A DNA stretch of 64,000 nt from a virus. Its lineage: Duplodnaviria; Caudoviricetes. The position numbers and the translations under genes are program-made. Within the stretch, counting starts at the first letter, position 1, and each line of letters starts with the position of its first letter. The notes beneath the pieces are model-generated. The model worked only from the letters and a program-made list of their open reading frames with translations. It searched no databases and was not told where the DNA came from. Below, piece by piece: positions 57,994-64,000 of this stretch. The stretch is from the IMG/VR virus record IMGVR_UViG_3300021979_000003, positions 128,001-192,000 of that record; one strand, written 5' to 3'.

Positions 57994-59265
57994 TCACAGG
58001 TGATCAATGTCAAGCTCGTACTGATCCAGAGCGATAGTAGCACCCATGATGATGAAATCTTCTTGGAATGCCATGTTTTCCATCAGGAAGTCAAGGTAGT
58101 GATTACCAAGCTTGCGCATTACGGAATCATACTTGTCTTCATCCTCATCCTTGGTACGACCCTGAAGGTCACGCATGACGTAGCACAGGTTGACGATCAG
58201 ACTGTAAGATGCAGACAGCTTAACATCCTCAAGGTTGAACTTCTTAACACGACCTTCCAGAATATCCATCACATCCGGCAGCTTACCGATGATTTCGATA
58301 GAAGCCAGCAGCGCAGCAGCGATACCAGTGCCTACCAGAGCCGCAACGTTACGAGTAACGAAAGCGTTGGATACAGACTTCTGAATACGACCGTTCTCAT
58401 CAGAGATAGACCACAGGAAGTCAGAGACGAAAGACCAGCTACGCGGAGTAGCGAAGGCATATGCAGCCTTGTTCTTCGCATCGAACTCGTTCAGATGTCC
58501 ACGGTTACCCTTGATGTAACCAACAACTACAGGGTGAATACGTGCGCCTACAGCCCAATCCAGCCATGCATCAGCATCAACCTCTAGGGTACGGTGACCA
58601 AAGCGGTTACGCAGCGGAGTAGGCATTGAGAAGTGCTGTGTAGCATCTTCTGCACGGTTACCGGCAGCTACGATAGCAACACCGTCAGCAAGCTCGTAAG
58701 TACCGATACGGCGCTCAAGTACAAGCTGTAGTGCAGCCGCCTGTACGGCAGGAGTAGCACTTGAAAGCTCGTCAAGCAGTACGATTGCCTTACCCTGAAT
58801 AACCAGATGCATCAGGTAGGACTTTTCAGTATCGTCAAGGTCTTCGTCAGCCTGCACCTTACGCATTACAGAGTTGATCTGATATACGTCAGGCTCTTGC
58901 TCGGAAGGACTAACGACGTTATCACCGCCGATTGCACGAAGGTACGCGCTAAGCTCTTGCTTGGAAGGCGGCAGTTCATCAGGAGCCGCGTAAAGCATAC
59001 GCTTGTGTTCTTCGTTGTAGTACGGAATACCAGAAAGATCAGTAGGGTCTTTCAGAAGTAGACGAATGTCGATAACGGGACGGTCAAGCTCATCACCAAC
59101 TTGGCGAATAACTTCCGACTTACCTACACCCGGCTGGCCCCAGATCATCATAGGCTGCGGACGACGACCCATTTTAGGCATGGTATCGATGGCGTGAATG
59201 ATGTCTTCCTTTAGTTGTACAGTAGTAACAACCGGATGAGTGTAATTGTTGTCTTTCTTAGCCAT
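57994..59265 (-). CDS. MoxR-type AAA+ ATPase (true C-terminus may extend to 57942 in a shifted frame)
   Basis: GQPGVGKS Walker A, D.TDL.G.P, LLDEL Walker B, AAGNR, L.NRF, and TPRSW. Confidence 0.9.
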   Translation of the reverse strand: MAKKDNNYTHPVVTTVQLKEDIIHAIDTMPKMGRRPQPMMIWGQPGVGKSEVIRQVGDELDRPVIDIRLLLKDPTDLSGIPYYNEEHKRMLYAAPDELPPSKQELSAYLRAIGGDNVVSPSEQEPDVYQINSVMRKVQADEDLDDTEKSYLMHLVIQGKAIVLLDELSSATPAVQAAALQLVLERRIGTYELADGVAIVAAGNRAEDATQHFSMPTPLRNRFGHRTLEVDADAWLDWAVGARIHPVVVGYIKGNRGHLNEFDAKNKAAYAFATPRSWSFVSDFLWSISDENGRIQKSVSNAFVTRNVAALVGTGIAAALLASIEIIGKLPDVMDILEGRVKKFNLEDVKLSASYSLIVNLCYVMRDLQGRTKDEDEDKYDSVMRKLGNHYLDFLMENMAFQEDFIIMGATIALDQYELDIDHL

Positions 59266-59309
59266 AATATTGCTCCTGTTTACAATTTGATTTGCGATTT
59301 GTGTGAACC

Positions 59310-59339
59310 ATTATAAGGCTTAACTCTTCGATCTGTCAA
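59310..59339 (-). promoter_or_regulatory. Strong sigma70-like promoter for MoxR
   Basis: TTGACA-N18-TATAAT. Confidence 0.75.
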
Positions 59340-59362
59340 CACCCTTTTGAAAACTTTTTCTG

Positions 59363-59704
59363 CTATCGTTTGTAGGAGTTGGCGACCTTTGTAAAGTCTT
59401 CACCGTATAACTTTATACGATTTACTAAAGCTTTATCCGTGGTGAACAATCTCACTCGGTCTTTATCTTTAGTGTTCGTTAAGTAGTATAGGCCCTTTAT
59501 TCGCTTATGTAAAGCCAAATAATCCAAAACTCTCTTACTAAATTTAAATTCGACCTCATAAAACTCGTACATCTTTGAAAGATGACGATAGCCACAGAAC
59601 CTTAACTTACCATCAGAAGGCGTGATATTGTGGAAAATGTCAATTATTTCAAAGTCGTCGTCAAACTTTTCGTTGATGGCGTCTACGATTTCTTGCTTAA
59701 TCAT
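59363..59704 (-). CDS. Hypothetical protein, 113 aa
   Basis: Overlaps the upstream gene by 8 nt. Confidence 0.6.
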   Translation of the reverse strand: MIKQEIVDAINEKFDDDFEIIDIFHNITPSDGKLRFCGYRHLSKMYEFYEVEFKFSKRVLDYLALHKRIKGLYYLTNTKDKDRVRLFTTDKALVNRIKLYGEDFTKVANSYKR

Positions 59705-59960
59705 AAACTTTTACTGTGAATTCATCCGTATCAAACAGCTTGTTGAGGCGGGATGCTAGATTGTCTGCATGTGCTTTGCTAGTAAATGCAGTCTTCTTAT
59801 AGGCAGGGCACTTGTCTTGTAGTTTGTTAAAGCTTTTTATGTTGATAGGCTTACCTCTATATACCACCGCATATAGTTCAGCACCCTCTATAATCTGTTC
59901 ACACTTACCATCTTTAGGGTTAACATGCTCTAATAGTACTGTAGGCTTTGGTCTAGACAT
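59697..59960 (-). CDS. Hypothetical protein, 87 aa
   Basis: Compact ORF in the replication operon (MSRPKPTVLLE...). Confidence 0.65.
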   Translation of the reverse strand: MSRPKPTVLLEHVNPKDGKCEQIIEGAELYAVVYRGKPINIKSFNKLQDKCPAYKKTAFTSKAHADNLASRLNKLFDTDEFTVKVYD

Positions 59961-60009
59961 CGATTTATCCGTTTTTTATTATTGTAATTATATGTATTGT
60001 TAATTATAT

Positions 60010-60219
60010 TTATTTAAATTTTCCGCCATGTAGAACTATTTTTTCATTTTTTGAAGAAATTTTTTCCTCTCTCTCACTAACACCTTGATTTCCTGCACTT
60101 TCTAATTCATCTATCTCAGAAATTAAATCAGAAATATAGTCAATATCTAGCGTTATTGCCCTCGACCCTTTGATTTTCATGGCCGAGAGCTTCTTTTTTA
60201 GGTCAGTAATTCTACTCAT
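60010..60219 (-). CDS. Hypothetical protein
   Basis: ATG overlaps the RNase H stop region. Confidence 0.55.
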   Translation of the reverse strand: MSRITDLKKKLSAMKIKGSRAITLDIDYISDLISEIDELESAGNQGVSEREEKISSKNEKIVLHGGKFK

Positions 60220-61207
60220 ATATCTTCCCCAAGAACTCAAGATATAGAGCGGGATTATTGCCGATGTTCACAAGATCGTATTTTGAACAGAATTTCATAA
60301 ACTTGAAACCCATATCCGAGTTAGGTATACGCTTTTCCGTTGCGCCATTAATAGATTCTCGAACTTCATCCATAATAAAATCTGGAATCATCTTAAGGTC
60401 TATTAATAGACGGTTAAGCTCATAGACATCCTTGACCTTATGGTTCTGTCCTTTATGATCTTCCCATTCATGGAGCATGACGGTATTCCATTCAAACCCT
60501 TTAGATTTACGATCTTCAAAGCAGTCGATCATACCTACTTTGTTTTTAGTACTTTTTTCTCTAAGTCTAGGGTATGCGGAAGAAATGTTGTCTGACGAAT
60601 CACCCCTGATACATTTTTTAAATAGAATCCACTCAGGATCACCAATTTCCTTTTGCTTTTTAGTCTTACTATCCATGACAGGACGCATACGGTCATCAAA
60701 AATACCTTCAATAGTAATGATATGCCCTTTCATTGCATCATACATTCTCACATTGTGCGTGATAAGTTGATGGAAATCACTGTCAGAAGATACAATGATG
60801 TGTTGTTCATCAGGTCTATCAAGAATGAATGTTGCAATCACATCATCCGCTTCTGCATTCGGTGAAGATATAGCAGGAACATTCGTATACAAGTCAATGT
60901 ACTCAATGAAATCATTAGCTGCTTTTTGAAACTCTTCATCCAGTTCGATTTCAGAAGGCTTTCGCTTTAAACGCTGTGCAACGCGGTTCATTTTATAATC
61001 TGGATACACGTGCTTACGCCAACTTTTTCCCTCTAGTGCAAGAATACAACGATCAGCATCAAATTTTTTCCAAGCAGAACGCATACCTACTAGGATTTGA
61101 TGCATGACCATTCCGATTCTTTCATCATCCGAAGCCCCTTTGATCGTCTGGTGCTTCATTCTATGAAACAAATTATTGAAGTCGATTAGTATATTTGTTT
61201 TACTCAT
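60212..61207 (-). CDS. rnh: T4-type RNase H / 5'-3' flap exonuclease
   Basis: LID..N, SWRK..YPDYK..R, EADDVIA, SSDSDFHQL, and RGDSSDNI. Confidence 0.92.
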   Translation of the reverse strand: MSKTNILIDFNNLFHRMKHQTIKGASDDERIGMVMHQILVGMRSAWKKFDADRCILALEGKSWRKHVYPDYKMNRVAQRLKRKPSEIELDEEFQKAANDFIEYIDLYTNVPAISSPNAEADDVIATFILDRPDEQHIIVSSDSDFHQLITHNVRMYDAMKGHIITIEGIFDDRMRPVMDSKTKKQKEIGDPEWILFKKCIRGDSSDNISSAYPRLREKSTKNKVGMIDCFEDRKSKGFEWNTVMLHEWEDHKGQNHKVKDVYELNRLLIDLKMIPDFIMDEVRESINGATEKRIPNSDMGFKFMKFCSKYDLVNIGNNPALYLEFLGKIYE

Positions 61208-62190
61208 TTGTACATTCTACGGTTTCGTGTTTTATTCGCAATGTCTTGTATTTGTTCTGGTGTTAGTTCATCACCATAGTACTCTTCCAGATTATCTCTA
61301 TCAATTTCTAGATGTTGAACTATAGTTCCCTCGGGTTCGGAAGCCACCACGGAGCGAAACGTGTCACCACCATCGTCAACTAACATGGTTGCGGCTAGTG
61401 ACATCAATGCACCTTTTGCCCATTTTTCAACCAGTAGCTCCGAGTATTCTTCTGAATCAGGATCAACATCTTCGTGTTCAGTACCATCTAGGGTTACACC
61501 AAAATCAACAAGCCAGTTAACGAATTCATCATTAAAATCTACTTGTAGTTCAAATGCTTCAGGTCTATTTTCAGACTCATCAATTTTAATTTGATAATTA
61601 AACCACTTTCTGCCTTCTAGTGAGTACAGTGATTTTTCATAATCAAGAAAGCCAATTTCGCCTTTCTTGTACCTTAGCTCAATTATTTCTTTACGTAGTC
61701 TGAACTCTGCATCTTCACGTTCTTCTTTTGAAGTGTCAGGCATAATGGCTTCCAGATGATTCAACTCGTTTGTTTTTAGCTTGATATCAAACTCAATGGA
61801 TTTGTCACTTCTAAATCCATACTGTGTCCTTTCAAACAAAAGGTTTTCACGAACCATTGTGTATTCGTCAATCTCTCCACAGTCCTTTTTAGCCTGCATA
61901 AAGGCTTTGTGTTTTTCAAGCTGTGTTTGTCCAGAACGTTCACCCTTTGCACTGGTTGCTTTAGCAAACTCATACTCTGCTTGATAACGCTTGGCAAAAT
62001 TCTCAGGCATACCGCAAGCCATCATAAGATGTGTAACTGAGCTTTCATGCATTTCGATAAGCGGTGCTTTATCCTGACCAAAGAACACAACCTTCTCAAG
62101 CATTAATTCAAATGCTTTGCGATAAGCCATCTTATCGATGTAGCTGGTCATATTTTTCTTAGCTTTTTTAAGCTTAAATCCTTCAAACAT
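61204..62190 (-). CDS. Hypothetical protein, 328 aa
   Basis: SD AGGAG; ATGA coupling with rnh. Confidence 0.7.
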   Translation of the reverse strand: MFEGFKLKKAKKNMTSYIDKMAYRKAFELMLEKVVFFGQDKAPLIEMHESSVTHLMMACGMPENFAKRYQAEYEFAKATSAKGERSGQTQLEKHKAFMQAKKDCGEIDEYTMVRENLLFERTQYGFRSDKSIEFDIKLKTNELNHLEAIMPDTSKEEREDAEFRLRKEIIELRYKKGEIGFLDYEKSLYSLEGRKWFNYQIKIDESENRPEAFELQVDFNDEFVNWLVDFGVTLDGTEHEDVDPDSEEYSELLVEKWAKGALMSLAATMLVDDGGDTFRSVVASEPEGTIVQHLEIDRDNLEEYYGDELTPEQIQDIANKTRNRRMYK

Positions 62191-62208
62191 TTTGTTCTCC
62201 TATATCAA

Positions 62209-62226
62209 AGGGGGTGTTATCCCCCT
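62209..62226 (-). terminator. GC hairpin after the clamp gene, weak terminator or processing site
   Basis: AGGGGG-N6-CCCCCT with only a short T-run. Confidence 0.4.
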
Positions 62227-62229
62227 ATA

Positions 62230-63000
62230 TTAAATGCTACTTAGCTGGAATGAGTATACTGCATGATCAGTATCAAGATTGATATTAATCATGGATAGCT
62301 CATCAGAGATATTAAAAGTAACATTTTCAATACTTGGCGCTTGTTTCAAGATCGATAGTACTTGCTTGATCGGCCATGTATTTACAGGGCTGATGTTCTC
62401 GCAGTCTGTTTCGCACACAGGGAAACGTGCTGTGTCATCATCACCAAGGTTCATGTAAAGAACACCTTCATCAATCGAAAAACTAAATTCATTACTAAAC
62501 TTAGCTAGGATCGAAGCAAAAGACTGAAAGTCTTTTAGAAACTGTTCAGATGGTTGGAAACTGATGTCGTATTCCATTTCAGTTCCGCTTGCCAAACGGA
62601 AAGATTTAACTTTTTGCTTTACTGCTTCAGGGTTCATGAAACGATAAGTACATTTATGTCCCTTATCAGAAGCAAACTGAATTTCATTGGGCGACCCACT
62701 AGCTTCTTTGTAGGTTACCTTAAGGCTACTGCCACCTTCTTCGTTAAAGACAGGTGAATTAACATAACCAGAAAGTACGTTTAGACGAGAAAAACCAACA
62801 GTGGTTTTCTTATCATCATCCAATTGCTGATTGAATAGTTCAGGAATTGGATTCTTTAGAGTGGCATTCATGATAATACTTAGGTCTTTTGAAGATGACT
62901 TCACTTTACCATTACCATCTTTATCTACAATCATTTTAAATGCTTCAAATTCACCCAGATCGTGGGTGTATCGAATAACATCTTTAAGAACACTTTGCAT
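62230..63000 (-). CDS. DNA polymerase sliding clamp (gp45-like)
   Basis: About 256 aa, adjacent to the polymerase, with a two/three-domain alpha-beta pattern (YRFMN, F.P, WP...L.IL, Y.F). Confidence 0.65.
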   Translation of the reverse strand: MQSVLKDVIRYTHDLGEFEAFKMIVDKDGNGKVKSSSKDLSIIMNATLKNPIPELFNQQLDDDKKTTVGFSRLNVLSGYVNSPVFNEEGGSSLKVTYKEASGSPNEIQFASDKGHKCTYRFMNPEAVKQKVKSFRLASGTEMEYDISFQPSEQFLKDFQSFASILAKFSNEFSFSIDEGVLYMNLGDDDTARFPVCETDCENISPVNTWPIKQVLSILKQAPSIENVTFNISDELSMININLDTDHAVYSFQLSSI

Positions 63001-63031
63001 ATTTTTTACCTCATAATTTCAATATATGACC

Positions 63032-63059
63032 AGTTTACCACTGATCGTTATAGCGTCAA
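63032..63059 (-). promoter_or_regulatory. Sigma70-like promoter for the clamp operon
   Basis: TTGACG-N16-(TGg)TAAACT. Confidence 0.7.
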
Positions 63060-63062
63060 TAG

Positions 63063-63998
63063 TTAAAAGAATTCATCTTCGTCATCGTCCATAATGAACG
63101 TATTAGTGAACTTAGTACCTTTACGAATAAGGTTCACATCCCAACCTAGAACACCAAATATAGTAATAATTGGCTTGTAGTAGATTGTTTCAAGCATTGT
63201 TTCCGAATCAAATGGCATTGCTTTGAACCATTCTGGAAACTTTGTTTGGTCTGTCAAATAAGATATGTTCTTGTATCCAAAATCATTTGTCTTTAGCTTA
63301 CAAGTTACTACCTTAGATTGATTGCCAATGCGTTCAATATGTTGCTCATTATGAATATCAAGTTGCTCATTCCATGCGATTGCTCCCGATATAGCACCCG
63401 GAATAGCTGGTTTCTTATCAATCTGACCATTTTGATATTTGTAATGTAGATCAGTGTAATGTGAAACCGCATTCGCACCACTTGGTCTACCTAATACCCA
63501 TGGTTCTTTATTAGCAAGATCGTCTTTAAACTTAGTAAAATAGTTGACAACCTCATCTTCTGACGTACCATTCAACAACATATCCATGCCTTCTTTAAGA
63601 CAATCTTGGATCATCTTTGGTGTATCAGAACGCTTGATCTGTAGACCCATGATCTTAAGCTTACCATTCTTTCCATTCTTATCAAGACGAATACCGTCTT
63701 TATCAAATAGATTCATGGCATAACGCTTTTTCTTGATAAACAGTGAGTAGCTTGCAAGGTTTTCACGTCCAGCTTTTATAATAGAACCATTCTCAATTCC
63801 AGTGTTAAAGCGTTGATCCATAAATGATGGGAAACTACTGTTTGTTTTATCAGAAATAGCATTATAAATTTCTACTGCTAAGTCACGATCCTCAAACATA
63901 GCATTAGCCATAGCTTTTTTCTCGGAATCACCAGAAGCCATATATGCTTCATACACTGAGAAATAACTACTATCGGTATCACCGTATACGATAGTATC
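63063..63998 (-). CDS. Family B DNA polymerase, C-terminal part (gene continues beyond the window)
   Basis: YGDTDS motif C at the window edge, KKRY, KIMGL...RSDTP. Confidence 0.93.
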   Translation of the reverse strand, partial: DTIVYGDTDSSYFSVYEAYMASGDSEKKAMANAMFEDRDLAVEIYNAISDKTNSSFPSFMDQRFNTGIENGSIIKAGRENLASYSLFIKKKRYAMNLFDKDGIRLDKNGKNGKLKIMGLQIKRSDTPKMIQDCLKEGMDMLLNGTSEDEVVNYFTKFKDDLANKEPWVLGRPSGANAVSHYTDLHYKYQNGQIDKKPAIPGAISGAIAWNEQLDIHNEQHIERIGNQSKVVTCKLKTNDFGYKNISYLTDQTKFPEWFKAMPFDSETMLETIYYKPIITIFGVLGWDVNLIRKGTKFTNTFIMDDDEDEFF

Positions 63999-64000
63999 AC

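Noticed and set aside
58000-59061. Plus-strand ORFs of 195 and 84 aa
   Set aside because: Antisense shadows of the codon-biased MoxR gene.
51288-59362. tRNA genes in the larger intergenic gaps
   Set aside because: The gaps are under ~130 nt, are occupied by promoters and terminators, and show no TTCGA T-loop cloverleaf.

Overview
The window is 64 kb of a large, AT-rich, T4-superfamily jumbo myophage genome. Gene content and order resemble RaK2/GAP32-type giants; this is inferred from family knowledge, with no database search. It is almost fully coding, and I found no tRNA, CRISPR array, intron or integrase. 1-25.5 kb (+): prohead scaffold, major capsid protein, an inserted FCP1/SCP-type phosphatase, two paralogous fibre proteins, a 3787-aa baseplate-associated protein and further fibre/hinge proteins. 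25.5-39 kb: mixed accessory and virion genes (T5orf172, class-3 lipase, rIIA, RMF-like fusion, 2OG-Fe(II) hydroxylase, HAD nucleotidase, RyR-domain protein, PAAR, degenerate nucleotidyltransferase). 39-49 kb: gp25-, gp6- and gp15-like genes, a Nudix hydrolase and a Gly-rich adhesin cassette. 50-64 kb (mostly -): resolvase, Hsp20, SleB-type hydrolase, atypical Gre factor, HTH-phosphoesterase, VWA/MoxR pair split by a GroES gene and a Pol-beta-like NTase, RNase H, sliding clamp and the 3' end of a family B polymerase. T4-type late promoters (TATAAATA), sigma70-like promoters (several with a 16-nt spacer) and intrinsic terminators are visible. The most interesting lead is a dispersed set of late, acidic proteins sharing a short N-terminal M-[KR]-[LI]-x-[EQ] leader. 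These may be capsid-packaged, ejected cargo, and they include an RMF-like protein. Other leads are a Gre factor with a rewired catalytic tip and an apparent frameshift at the 3' end of the MoxR gene. All product calls come from motif recognition by eye.
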